Part shown: piece after piece, positions 18,403 to 28,255 of the stretch
Layout of the letters: each line of letters begins with the position of its first letter
How positions within the stretch are numbered: the stretch's first letter is position 1
Source: Rickettsiales bacterium
Lineage (GTDB): Bacteria > Pseudomonadota > Alphaproteobacteria > Rs-D84
DNA: 64,000 bases
Direction of reading: 5' to 3'
Assembly (NCBI GenBank): GCA_031256175.1
Contig: JAIRRC010000032.1
Location: 347-64,346 of the forward strand
Translations under genes and position numbers: made by a program
The notes under the pieces: model-generated
The model's database searches: none
Seen by the model: only the letters and a program-made list of their open reading frames with translations
What the model was told of the DNA's origin: nothing

Positions 18403-19902
18403 ATGAGCATACGCAAACACTTTTTATCGGTAAGCGCCTGGACCGCGGCAAGCCGCGTGCTGGGCTTCGTCCGCGACGTTCTTATCGCGGGCATACTCGG
18501 CGCCGGGCGCGCGTCGGACATATTCTTCGCCGCGTTCAAGATTCCGAACATGTTCCGCAGCATCCTGGGCGAAGGCGCGCTTCAAGCCTCGTTCGTGCCG
18601 ATGTTCGTCGAACGCGACAAGGCCGACAAAACCGGCGCGGCCGATTTCGCAAGCATGGCTTTTTCGTGGCTGATGGCGATAACGCTTGGCATAACAATCG
18701 TCGCGCTTATCGCGATGCCGCTTATCATGTGGATTCTTGCGCCCGGTTTCAGCGCCGAGCCGGGCAAGCTGGAAGACGCGATTTATGTCGGGCGCCTGCT
18801 GTTCCCCTATATGATTCTTATAACTTCCGTCGCGTTCCTGTCCGGCATACTCAATGCCGCGAACAAGTTCGCCATGGTCGCCGCCATGCCGGCGCTTCTC
18901 AACATATTCATGATTGGCGGCCTGCTTGCCGCGGTCAAGTTCGGATGGCAGGCGGCTTATGCCCTTTCTTTCGCCATTCTGCTGTCCGGCGCCGTTCAGC
19001 TTTGGATTTTATGGCGGCGAATCCGCAAGGGGCAATTCGGCTTGCGTTTGGTCCGGCTTAAAAAATCGCCCGACATGAAGACGCTTTTCAAGCGCATGGT
19101 TCCGGGCATAGTCGGCAGCGGGGCTTACCACATCAATATCATGATTGGCACGATTATCGCAAGCCTTACGCCGGGCGCGGTATCCTGGCTTTATTACGCC
19201 GACCGGCTTGTCCAGCTGCCTTTCGCGATTATAGGATTGGCCATCGGGACGATTTTGCTTACATCGATTTCCAAGGCTTTGGCCGACGACAATGTCGCGG
19301 TCGCGCACGTCCAGCAGAACCGCGCGATACTGCATATCCTGTTCTGGACCCTGCCCGCCTTCGCCGGTTTGGCGGCGCTTGCCGGGCCAATCGTCAAAAT
19401 CCTGTTCCAGCGCGGCGAATTCACCGCCTTCGACACCGCCCAGACGGCCAGCGCAATCGCCCTGCTTTCAACCGCCCTGCCCGCCATGAGCCTGGCGCAG
19501 GTTTTCGAAAAGACGTTCTTCGCCGCGAAAGACACCAAGACGCCCGTCAAAATCAGCATGCAGGCCATATTGGGCGGAACCGCCATGGCGATAATACTTT
19601 ATCCGTTCATGGGCTTTCTTTCCGTCGCGCTTGGAACGGCGCTGTCAAGCTGGTCGCGCATGCTGATAATGGGCCGGATTGCTTATCGGCGCGGTTTATT
19701 CCGCCTGCGCGCCGGCACGCTTGGCACGGCGGCGGTGTTCGCGTTAGCTTCGGCGGCCATGTTCGCCGGCCTTAAATCGTTCGAAATATCGGATATTTTC
19801 GGTTTGGCGGCCGCAATCGCCGTTTCCGGCGGCGTTTATCTGGCGGCTATGAAAATATTCTTGAAAATCGCCAAAAAGTCGAATAATATGAATAGGAATT
19901 GA
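18403..19902 (+). CDS. murJ: lipid II flippase MurJ
   Basis: MviN/MurJ N-terminal signature VLGFVRDVLIAGILGAG..DIFFAAFKIPN, ~14 TM. Confidence 0.9.
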   Translation: MSIRKHFLSVSAWTAASRVLGFVRDVLIAGILGAGRASDIFFAAFKIPNMFRSILGEGALQASFVPMFVERDKADKTGAADFASMAFSWLMAITLGITIVALIAMPLIMWILAPGFSAEPGKLEDAIYVGRLLFPYMILITSVAFLSGILNAANKFAMVAAMPALLNIFMIGGLLAAVKFGWQAAYALSFAILLSGAVQLWILWRRIRKGQFGLRLVRLKKSPDMKTLFKRMVPGIVGSGAYHINIMIGTIIASLTPGAVSWLYYADRLVQLPFAIIGLAIGTILLTSISKALADDNVAVAHVQQNRAILHILFWTLPAFAGLAALAGPIVKILFQRGEFTAFDTAQTASAIALLSTALPAMSLAQVFEKTFFAAKDTKTPVKISMQAILGGTAMAIILYPFMGFLSVALGTALSSWSRMLIMGRIAYRRGLFRLRAGTLGTAAVFALASAAMFAGLKSFEISDIFGLAAAIAVSGGVYLAAMKIFLKIAKKSNNMNRN

Positions 19903-19918
19903 TACAAGGGACAAAATC

Positions 19919-21421
19919 ATGAAGAAAATACTAGCCTTGGCCGCTATTTTGGGATTCGCGATTCCCGCGGCGACGGCCCAGACCGCTTCGTCCATAGACT
20001 ATGGCAACGACAAGGTGTCCGTGGCCGAACAAGCCCAGGCAGCCAGCGCAAAGCACGCCTACGAGCGCGCCGACAAGACCTATGTAATCGATATAGACAT
20101 GACCGGCAGGAAACAGCCCGCGGCCGAGCCTGCGGCGGATGAAGAAGCCGCCACGGCCGAAGAAGACAACGCTTTCGCCGCCCTTGAAGACGCCTATATG
20201 AACGACGACGAGGAAGCCGACGAAGACGTCGCCAAATACAAGCCGAACCAGGACTATGACGACAACTGGCCCTACGGCCTGCAATTCGGCGCCGGATTCA
20301 CCATTATGCCCGGGCACAACTGGATGGTCGGATACGCCAACAAGGAACACAAAAGCTTCTGGTGGAAGCGAATCGGCGGGCGCCTTGACATGACGACGCC
20401 CATGACCATAAACGCCAAGGCCATCATGTCCGACACAGCCAACGGATACGAGCTTAAACCCGAAGTCAACCTTTGGTTCCACAAGCAGACTTTCCCTTCG
20501 TTCAAGATGGACCAGGTCGAAATCGACGATACGCCGCTCAGCTTCCAGGGCACCCAGGCCGCGCTGGATTTGCGGCACAAGAATTTCGGCGCTTTGCTCG
20601 ACATCTATCCGTTCGGCAACACATGGTTCCTTGGCGGATGGCGCCTTACCGGCGGATATTACACCGGGTCGCTGGAACTTGGCGCGAACGCATTCTTCCC
20701 GAACCATACGCCGACCGGCGGATTCGTCCAGGCAATCGACAACACCAACGACGAGCTTAAATTCCGCGTGAAGGGCGGCTCGAAATTCGGGACGAACATA
20801 AATTGGCGATATTCCGGGCCTTATGTCGGCCTTGGGTTCGACCTTGGGCTGTTGCTCGGCGCCAAAATCTATTTCGACGCGGGCGCCGTCTATACCAAGC
20901 CCCTGCGAATCCGCGAAAAGGACATCGACGACCGCAACCTTGTCATCGAAGCGTGCTACGCCTTCGACGGAAGCGCGAACTGCGACTGGACGACCCTTGC
21001 CCAGGGCATGAACACGCCCAATGTCGACAGCATAGTCCAGAATATCGTCGCGCGCGCCCTGGCCGCGCAAATCGAAGCCAACCTTAACGGCGGCGCATAC
21101 GGCGGATTCGGCGTCCCGGGCGACAGCGCCACAATCACGAGCGACTTGGCCGACTTCCTTATCAACGGCACGACGAATTCGTGGATAACGGACGTCGCAA
21201 GTTCCGACCCGGCAATCAACGACACGCTGAACCAAATCCGCGACGAAGTCATGGGGACCGCGGGCGGCGACACCATCCAGGACCAAATCGACAGCATTTG
21301 GGGCGACTACAACAACCAGAAGCGCGACGCCATCAACGACGCGAACAAGGCCTTGAACGACTGCGGCGACAAGTGCAAATTCATGCCGATGGTTCGTTTG
21401 GGCTTGATGTATCGCTTCTAA
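19919..21421 (+). CDS. putative outer-membrane beta-barrel protein with acidic N-terminal region
   Basis: Signal peptide, Asp/Glu-rich segment, C-terminal ..LGLMYRF aromatic terminus typical of OM barrels. Confidence 0.5.
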   Translation: MKKILALAAILGFAIPAATAQTASSIDYGNDKVSVAEQAQAASAKHAYERADKTYVIDIDMTGRKQPAAEPAADEEAATAEEDNAFAALEDAYMNDDEEADEDVAKYKPNQDYDDNWPYGLQFGAGFTIMPGHNWMVGYANKEHKSFWWKRIGGRLDMTTPMTINAKAIMSDTANGYELKPEVNLWFHKQTFPSFKMDQVEIDDTPLSFQGTQAALDLRHKNFGALLDIYPFGNTWFLGGWRLTGGYYTGSLELGANAFFPNHTPTGGFVQAIDNTNDELKFRVKGGSKFGTNINWRYSGPYVGLGFDLGLLLGAKIYFDAGAVYTKPLRIREKDIDDRNLVIEACYAFDGSANCDWTTLAQGMNTPNVDSIVQNIVARALAAQIEANLNGGAYGGFGVPGDSATITSDLADFLINGTTNSWITDVASSDPAINDTLNQIRDEVMGTAGGDTIQDQIDSIWGDYNNQKRDAINDANKALNDCGDKCKFMPMVRLGLMYRF

Positions 21422-21485
21422 TCAATATAATATAATGCTATGAACAATGGACCCCGGCCTCCGCCGGGGCGACGAGCGAGGATAC

Positions 21486-22541
21486 ATGGAAAAGAAAAAA
21501 CAAATCATTCTTACAGGGGAACGGCCGACCGGGCCGCTTCATATCGGGCACTATGCGGGCGCTTTGCAGAACCGCGTCGCTTTGCAGAACAGCGGAAAGT
21601 ATGACGAGATATTCGTAATAGTCGCCGACGCCCAGGGCCTTACCGACAACGCCGACAATCCCGATAAAATCCGAAACAATGTCCTGGAAGTCGCCCTGGA
21701 CAATATGGCCGTCGGAATCGACCCGAAAATATCCACCCTTTTCCTTCAATCCCAAGTCCATGAACTGCCCGAGCTTTCATTCTATTACAGCAACCTTGTC
21801 AGCGTGGCGCGGCTCGAACGCAATCCTACCATAAAATCCGAAATCGCCGAAAAGTCCAAATTCAACGAGGGGGTCCCGGTCGGCTTCTTCACTTATCCCA
21901 TTTCCCAGGCCGCGGACATAACCGCTTTCGACGCCACACTTGTCCCGGTCGGGCAAGACCAGAAGCCCGTCGTCGAGCAAACGAACGAAATCGTCCGAAA
22001 ATTCAACTCCCTTTATGGCGAAACCCTGGTCGAGCCGGAATGCCTTATAGTATCCGACAAGAACGCCGCGCGCTTGGTCGGGACAGATGGAAACGCAAAG
22101 ATGAGCAAGTCTTTGGGCAATACCATTTACCTTAAAGATTCGTCCGACGAAATCGCCGCCAAAATCAAGAATATGTTCACCGACCCATTGCACCTTCGCG
22201 TAGAAGACCCGGGACATACCGAGAACAATCCCGTGTTCATCTACCTTGACGTGTTTTCCCGCCCCGAACATTTCGCGGCCTTTCTGCCCGAATATGAAAA
22301 CATGGCCGCTTTGAAGGCTCATTATCAGCGCGGCGGTCTGGGCGACGGCGTCGTCAAAAAGTTTTTGAATTCGGTTTTGCAGGAAACTTTGCGCCCCATC
22401 CGCGAGCGCCGCGAATCGCTGGCGAAAGACCCGGCGGCGGTTATGGAAATTCTTCGGAAGGGAACGCTGAAAGCCAGGGAAAGGGCCGCCGCGACGCGCG
22501 ACCGCGTTATGAAAGCCATGAAATTGGATTATTTCAATTAA
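21486..22541 (+). CDS. trpS: tryptophan--tRNA ligase
   Basis: [14 protein letters not shown] (HIGH) and KMSKSLGN motifs; class Ic size. Confidence 0.85.
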   Translation: MEKKKQIILTGERPTGPLHIGHYAGALQNRVALQNSGKYDEIFVIVADAQGLTDNADNPDKIRNNVLEVALDNMAVGIDPKISTLFLQSQVHELPELSFYYSNLVSVARLERNPTIKSEIAEKSKFNEGVPVGFFTYPISQAADITAFDATLVPVGQDQKPVVEQTNEIVRKFNSLYGETLVEPECLIVSDKNAARLVGTDGNAKMSKSLGNTIYLKDSSDEIAAKIKNMFTDPLHLRVEDPGHTENNPVFIYLDVFSRPEHFAAFLPEYENMAALKAHYQRGGLGDGVVKKFLNSVLQETLRPIRERRESLAKDPAAVMEILRKGTLKARERAAATRDRVMKAMKLDYFN

Positions 22542-22588
22542 ACTGCGTCCCGGTATATATCGCCGCATTTAGGAAGAAATTCACACAA

Positions 22589-23794
22589 TCATTTGCAATC
22601 TATCGGGCAGCCGGCGGCCGGCTTTTTCGGCGCCAGGAACAATGTGGTCAGGCCGACCAGCACGCAGGCCGCGCCAAGCAGCAGCAAGCTGTATTTATAG
22701 CTTCCGAACGCGACTCCGAACCCTATAATCGAATAGACGAATATGCTCATGAACTGCTGCAAGAAATCGTTTATGCAAAGGACCATCGTTCGGCAATTGC
22801 TTGAAATCGCATGCTGGAATTTCGAAAACGCCATAACCCCCAGCAAGCCTATAAGAAAATAGAACAGGCCGAAAAACCCCAGTCCCGGTATCGCGAACAC
22901 CGACGCCGCGCCGAAAAGCGCCCCGCCAAGCCCGATTATCCCGGCCCCAAGCCAGAAATTCCGCGCCTTTTCAAAGCGATAACCGACCATATTGCCCAGG
23001 CTGCGCGACAGGCCCGTTATCACCAGGGTCGCGCCGACAAATTCCTTGGGCAGGCCCATTTCCGTTCCGATAAGTCCCAGATAATCGTCCATAAACGAAA
23101 CCGCCGTAATGGCCGACACTATAAAAAGCAGCGCCGCCACGTATGACGACGAGCCCAAGACCCGCATGCTCATCTTTATAGTCTTCAAAAACCTGGCGCC
23201 CGCGCTTTTCGTGATTTTCACCGCCGATTTCAAGTTCGCCATGAACAGCACCGAAACCGCCAGCATCGCCAAGGACAGATACACGATGGGGCCATAGCCG
23301 AAAAAAAGCATCAGGGACCCGGTCGTGCTCAGCAAATACCCGGCCGTTTCGACCGCGGATTTCCGGCCGCAGATTTTCGCATATATTTTCTTCTGTTTAA
23401 GGCCTTTCAGCTCGTCATACACCATACTTTCGAACACGGCGTTATAAATTCCGCACATCACGCCCCACATCATGAAGCCTATGGCGAAGCCCAAGAACGT
23501 CGGATAGACATACCAAATGAAAAAGCCGCCCATTTTCATAAGCTGGCCGAAAATCACTATGTTTTTCAGCGGAATCTTGCTGGACGCTATGCCGATGGGA
23601 ATCTGCGCCGCCATTTGCGCGATAGTCCATATTATGAACAGAAGCGAAACCTGGCCGTCCGTCATGCCGTTATCGACGAAGAACAGCGCATAGACCGGAT
23701 ACAAGAACACCAATCCGTTGAAGAACGAAAAGCCGTAGATGCTGGTCAGGAAATTACGAAGGCCGGATTTGTTTTTAGACATGATAGGAATCAT
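22589..23794 (-). CDS. MFS transporter
   Basis: 401 aa, 12 predicted TM, MFS-like loop pattern. Confidence 0.65.
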   Translation of the reverse strand: MIPIMSKNKSGLRNFLTSIYGFSFFNGLVFLYPVYALFFVDNGMTDGQVSLLFIIWTIAQMAAQIPIGIASSKIPLKNIVIFGQLMKMGGFFIWYVYPTFLGFAIGFMMWGVMCGIYNAVFESMVYDELKGLKQKKIYAKICGRKSAVETAGYLLSTTGSLMLFFGYGPIVYLSLAMLAVSVLFMANLKSAVKITKSAGARFLKTIKMSMRVLGSSSYVAALLFIVSAITAVSFMDDYLGLIGTEMGLPKEFVGATLVITGLSRSLGNMVGYRFEKARNFWLGAGIIGLGGALFGAASVFAIPGLGFFGLFYFLIGLLGVMAFSKFQHAISSNCRTMVLCINDFLQQFMSIFVYSIIGFGVAFGSYKYSLLLLGAACVLVGLTTLFLAPKKPAAGCPIDCK

Positions 23795-23963
23795 ATCATA
23801 AAATACAGGGTTTTACAAATTACATGAAAACAACTCTCCCCCTGCGGGAGAGTCGCAGAGCCCGAAGGGCGATGCGACGAGGGGATAAATTCAGCATTGT
23901 CCCCCCACCAAAATTTATTCCATAAATTTTGATTCCCCCGCAAGGGGGGAGTCAATTCTATTA

Positions 23964-24146
23964 TTATTTATTGGCGGATTGGGCGATGGCCTGAACCGGG
24001 CAGAAGCCCGCGCAGGTGCCGCACTGGATGCACTTGTCCTTATCGATGACGAATTTGCCGTCCTTCATTTCAATCGCGCCGACCGGGCACGCCGCCGCGC
24101 AAGCGCCGCATTTCTGGCATTTTTCCTGGTTTATTTCGAACGACAT
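23964..24146 (-). CDS. 2x[4Fe-4S] ferredoxin
   Basis: Two CxxCxxCxxxCP motifs (CQKCGACAAACP, CIQCGTCAGFCP); AAGGAG RBS before MSFEI start. Confidence 0.75.
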   Translation of the reverse strand: MSFEINQEKCQKCGACAAACPVGAIEMKDGKFVIDKDKCIQCGTCAGFCPVQAIAQSANK

Positions 24147-24171
24147 TCCAGCTCCTTTTAGTTGATTAGAA

Positions 24172-25215
24172 TCATAGAATAGAAACAATCGAGTTTATAT
24201 TGGCAAGATATGGGTCTATTTGGCTTTGATTGATTTGTGTAGTATCATCATACACATCATATTTCTGATGTTTAAGTTTTGATGGCGCAATACCACAGAA
24301 ATTCAATACCGTAGGTATGGCATTAGCGTCTTTCATATTATAAACCCTTCCAGAACCTGTTGGGAGCGGCACAAACCGGCTAGGAAACTTAGTTTCAAGA
24401 AAATTGATTAACTTCTCTATCTCATTCACATGGGCCATGTAAGCTTTGGAAGCTTTCTTATCAAATGTTCTCGACTTATTCAAAATTAAAGAATGTATTC
24501 TAGGCAAGACATGCCCTGCTTCCTTTTCTGCCCGTTCGTGAAAAGTCGTGAATATCTCGGCATCTGATAAAAGCCCCTCGACCAGTTTTTCGCCATAAAC
24601 AAGCCTAAATAAATTATATAGCCCACGCAATGAAAAAGAGTCCGCCGTGCATGGAATTATAAATCTATTTGCCGCAAGTATACCAAGTTGCGTATAATTG
24701 GCGAAGCTTGGATTCGTGTCTATGAAGAAGCACGTATTGTCCTCGCCATATTCGTCATTGAAAACATCAATAAGGTCAGATACATATTTCCTGCTTTTGA
24801 ACCATGCGTTCTTTTCGGGAGCAGATGCGATATAGTCTATAAGTTGTGCGCACAAATCCAAGTCGGTATCACCAGGCAACAGATACATATTTTCGGGCAT
24901 ATTCCCATTAAAATCGTTTATTTTGACGAAATAACTTAATTCTCTGCCGATTTTACCAAAACGACTACTATCATATCTTTGCTTTATATATCCGGATACG
25001 GTCCTTTCCAAATTTGAAAGGGTGGTTAAATTATCCTCGCCCTTACCATCACCGCCAAGTAGCATCGCAGATATATTGGCTTGCGGGCACAAATCAAACA
25101 CAACCACTTTTTTCCCGGGGTTTCTTATGGCATATTCAACTGCCAAGCTATATGTCAAGAAACTCTTGCCAACCCCGCCTTTATTATTCCAAACACAATA
25201 TTTAACAGAAGCCAT
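24172..25215 (-). CDS. ParA/MinD-family P-loop ATPase (347 aa) in AT-rich island
   Basis: Deviant Walker A NNKGGVGKS at residues 10-18; gene ~40% GC versus ~58% background; AAAGGAG RBS. Confidence 0.75.
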   Translation of the reverse strand: MASVKYCVWNNKGGVGKSFLTYSLAVEYAIRNPGKKVVVFDLCPQANISAMLLGGDGKGEDNLTTLSNLERTVSGYIKQRYDSSRFGKIGRELSYFVKINDFNGNMPENMYLLPGDTDLDLCAQLIDYIASAPEKNAWFKSRKYVSDLIDVFNDEYGEDNTCFFIDTNPSFANYTQLGILAANRFIIPCTADSFSLRGLYNLFRLVYGEKLVEGLLSDAEIFTTFHERAEKEAGHVLPRIHSLILNKSRTFDKKASKAYMAHVNEIEKLINFLETKFPSRFVPLPTGSGRVYNMKDANAIPTVLNFCGIAPSKLKHQKYDVYDDTTQINQSQIDPYLANINSIVSIL

Positions 25216-25227
25216 ATTAAACTCCTT

Positions 25228-25953
25228 TTAATTTCTGGACAATGACATCAGGTTCAGCAGATACTGGAACATCGCTATGAAGCTGATATACATATGTATC
25301 GCGCCCATCACAACGAATTTATCCGCGTCTTCCGGCGACAGGCCGTTCGCTCCGAAAATCCGCTTCAAGGCCTGCATATCGTAAGCCGTGAACAAGGCGA
25401 ACACAAGGACGCCAATCGCGCTTACCGCCATCGCGAACGGCGCGCCGAACGGGAAGAATATGCTGGAAATTCCGACCAGTATCAGGCCTATCATTCCGGC
25501 CAGCAGGAACACGCGCAAAAACGAAAGGTCCTTTTCCGTCCGGTAGCCGAACATCGCCATGCTTGCCAGCATAAGCGCCGCCAGGAAGAACGCGCGGAAT
25601 ATCAAGGCCGGGTCGATGCTTAGCGCGGACATAATCAGCGGCATCATGGTTATGCCCATGATAACCGAATATGCGAACAGGAACGCAAGCGCCGCCATTT
25701 TCGACATGCTGAACAGGCGCGCCTGGGCAAAGATTATCATCCCAAGTCCGCCGAACACCAATATATAGTAAAGCGTCGAAAAGCCCGTGCCGGTATTGTT
25801 CAGAATCATCGGCCAGACCACCTGGGCCAGGCTTGTCAGCGACAGGTAAATCGTAAGCGCGGTGATACCGACCGCCGCCGCCATGGTTAGGAATACTTTC
25901 TTGAAGTATCCGGACAGCGATATATCGCTGGTTTTCGTGATTTTCGCGGGCAT
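25228..25953 (-). CDS. Bax inhibitor-1/YccA family membrane protein
   Basis: 7-TM protein with BI-1/YccA-like pattern. Confidence 0.65.
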   Translation of the reverse strand: MPAKITKTSDISLSGYFKKVFLTMAAAVGITALTIYLSLTSLAQVVWPMILNNTGTGFSTLYYILVFGGLGMIIFAQARLFSMSKMAALAFLFAYSVIMGITMMPLIMSALSIDPALIFRAFFLAALMLASMAMFGYRTEKDLSFLRVFLLAGMIGLILVGISSIFFPFGAPFAMAVSAIGVLVFALFTAYDMQALKRIFGANGLSPEDADKFVVMGAIHMYISFIAMFQYLLNLMSLSRN

Positions 25954-26021
25954 GATTTTTTCCTTTGATTAGGTCGCCTTTATTTTCGTATAATCGAACG
26001 GAATAATCAAGGAAAAATAAA

Positions 26022-26843
26022 ATGGCAATTCATATAGACCCGATTTCGCCCATCGCTTTCAGCATTTTCGGACTTGAAATCCGCTGGTATGCCCTGGCCT
26101 ATATCGCGGCCTTCATCCTGGGTTTCTGGCTTATGCGCCAACTGGCCGAAAAATACAAGGCGTTGGGCGACGTCAAGGACAAGAAGAAATTCTGGGACGA
26201 CATCATGGCCTATGGAATAATCGGCGTAATCGCGGGCGGGCGCCTGGGCTATGTCCTGTTCTACAACCTTGAATATTTCCTGTCGCATCCGCTGGAAATT
26301 TTCGCCCTATGGCACGGCGGGATGAGCTTCCACGGCGGGCTTCTGGGCGTCATAGCCGCGGCCGCATTTTTCGCGCGCGTCAAAAAGGTTTCGTTCCTGC
26401 GCCTTATGGATTTGGCGGCCGTTGCCGCGCCAATCGGATTATTCCTTGGGCGAATCGCGAACTTCATAAACATGGAAGTCATGGGCCGCGCGACCGAATC
26501 ATCCATCGGCGTCATATTCGACGGCACCGGCCAAGTTTTCGCCCGCCACGCCAGCCCTTTATATGAAGCGGCTTTGGAAGGCGCCGTCCTATTCGCAATC
26601 ATGTTCGCGATGTATCGCGTCAAATGGTTCCGCGCGCGCGCCGGCTTCATATGCGGCAGCTTCGTCGTCCTTTACGCCGTTTTCCGGATTTTCGCCGAAC
26701 AATTCCGCGAGCCGGATTCGCACATCGGATTTTTGACCAGCTGGGGCCTTACCATGGGCCAGCTGCTGTCCGCGATTATGGTCCTGGCCGGCGCGGCCGC
26801 GATATATAAAAGCTTCGCAAAAACAAAAAAGGAAAAGAAATGA
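26022..26843 (+). CDS. lgt: prolipoprotein diacylglyceryl transferase
   Basis: Lgt signature ..WHGGMSFHGGLLG.. and TM topology. Confidence 0.85.
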   Translation: MAIHIDPISPIAFSIFGLEIRWYALAYIAAFILGFWLMRQLAEKYKALGDVKDKKKFWDDIMAYGIIGVIAGGRLGYVLFYNLEYFLSHPLEIFALWHGGMSFHGGLLGVIAAAAFFARVKKVSFLRLMDLAAVAAPIGLFLGRIANFINMEVMGRATESSIGVIFDGTGQVFARHASPLYEAALEGAVLFAIMFAMYRVKWFRARAGFICGSFVVLYAVFRIFAEQFREPDSHIGFLTSWGLTMGQLLSAIMVLAGAAAIYKSFAKTKKEKK

Positions 26844-27037
26844 CACTATTGGAATTTTCGAAATCTTGGATAAACAATTTCGGGAGCATGGTCTACGACA
26901 AAGGCGGCGAAGACTACGCCGACATGAAGATGATGGGCGCCGCAACGCTGGTTCCGGTATTGTTCCGCATGGCCGTCGACAAGAACTACCGCGCCGAAAC
27001 GATTGCCGAGATTAAATTGGCGAAGCAAAGAATCTAG
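26840..27037 (+). CDS. hypothetical small protein (65 aa)
   Basis: ATGA overlap with lgt stop; hydrophobic segment; weak. Confidence 0.3.
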   Translation: MTLLEFSKSWINNFGSMVYDKGGEDYADMKMMGAATLVPVLFRMAVDKNYRAETIAEIKLAKQRI

Positions 27038-27507
27038 CGTCTGTGGCGGATTAGGCGGGCTTTGGTGCGGTTCCATTCGCGCTTCTTTATGCTTTCCCGC
27101 TTGTCGGTTTTCGTCTTTCCGAATCCGATTCCAAGAAGCACCTTCAAAATTCCTTTTGAATTAAAATAAAATTTAAGCGGAACTATTGTCGCGCCCTTTT
27201 CGGTCAGCAGGCCTTTCAAGCGGTTTATCTGCGCGCGGTGAAGCAGCAATTTGCGATAGCGGCGCTCCTGGAAGCCCGCGATTTTATTCGCGGTTTTAAG
27301 CGCCTGGATATTCACGTTCGCCAGAATCAATTCGCCGTCCTTGCCCTGGACGAAGCCGTCCGTTATGTTCACCATGCCAAAGCGAAGCGACTTCACTTCC
27401 GCGCCGGTCAGGGAAATTCCGGCTTCGATGGTGTCGTTGATTGCGTATTCGAACCGGGCCTTGCGGTTTTCGGCGACCTGGCCTGTCTTTATTATCTCAC
27501 GCGGCAT
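27034..27507 (-). CDS. smpB: SsrA-binding protein SmpB
   Basis: SmpB family pattern (..NRKARFEY..GAEVKSLR..). Confidence 0.85.
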   Translation of the reverse strand: MPREIIKTGQVAENRKARFEYAINDTIEAGISLTGAEVKSLRFGMVNITDGFVQGKDGELILANVNIQALKTANKIAGFQERRYRKLLLHRAQINRLKGLLTEKGATIVPLKFYFNSKGILKVLLGIGFGKTKTDKRESIKKREWNRTKARLIRHRR

Positions 27508-28255
27508 GGCCGCCCCGCATTTTCGGATAAAGGCTCAATGTGTTTTCATACAATATCTTTTCCATTTCATCGAACGGAACGTTGCGGAGCGCGGCCAAGG
27601 CGCGCGCGGTTTCCGCGACATAAGCCGGACGGCATTCCTTGCCGCGGTGCGGCACGGGCGCGCAGAACGGCGCGTCTGTTTCGACAACGATTCTATCGGC
27701 GGGAATTTTGGCGAATGTTTCGCGCAATGCGTCCGCGTTCTTGAACGTTATTATGCCGGAAGCAGAAATGAAGAATCCCCTGTCCAACATTTTCCGCGCG
27801 AAATCGTATGAGCTTGTGAAGCAGTGCATGACGCCCGGCCCGTCGAAAGTTTTCAAAATATCGTAAGTGTCTTCTTCCGCGTCGCGGGAATGTATGGCGA
27901 CCGGAAGTTTTTCACGCCGCGCGATTTCAAGCTGCTCCGCGAACAGATTTTTCTGCGCGGATTTGTCGATGCCTTCGTAATGGTAGTCCAGGCCGATTTC
28001 GCCGACGCCAAGGATTTTAGGACGCGACATCAAACGCCCTGCTTGCGGCATGACATTGCCTGCGTGTTCGGGATGGATGCCGATGGTGCCGAAGACGTTT
28101 TCGAATTTTTCCGTCGCCGCGATTACTTTTTCCGCGTCGTCCAATTCGGCGGTCGAAAAAACCAAAGCGCCGACGCCCGCCGCGCGCGCTTCCGCCACTG
28201 CGGCTTCCATATCGCCTTCCATCATGCTTAAATGGCAGTGGGTATCGACAAGCAT
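27497..28255 (-). CDS. tatD: TatD family deoxyribonuclease/hydrolase
   Basis: MLVDTHCHL metal-binding start and TatD fold. Confidence 0.85.
   Translation of the reverse strand: MLVDTHCHLSMMEGDMEAAVAEARAAGVGALVFSTAELDDAEKVIAATEKFENVFGTIGIHPEHAGNVMPQAGRLMSRPKILGVGEIGLDYHYEGIDKSAQKNLFAEQLEIARREKLPVAIHSRDAEEDTYDILKTFDGPGVMHCFTSSYDFARKMLDRGFFISASGIITFKNADALRETFAKIPADRIVVETDAPFCAPVPHRGKECRPAYVAETARALAALRNVPFDEMEKILYENTLSLYPKMRGGHAA

Noticed and set aside
19931-21286. 451-aa minus-strand ORF opposite the 500-aa OM protein gene
   Set aside because: It has no motifs. The sense ORF has a signal peptide and an OM-barrel C-terminus, so the sense gene is preferred.
27034-27507. Looked for tmRNA (ssrA) next to smpB
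   Set aside because: No tRNA-like acceptor/T-arm plus tag-reading-frame structure was found in the flanking intergenic regions. ssrA is presumably elsewhere (possibly permuted two-piece, as in alphaproteobacteria).
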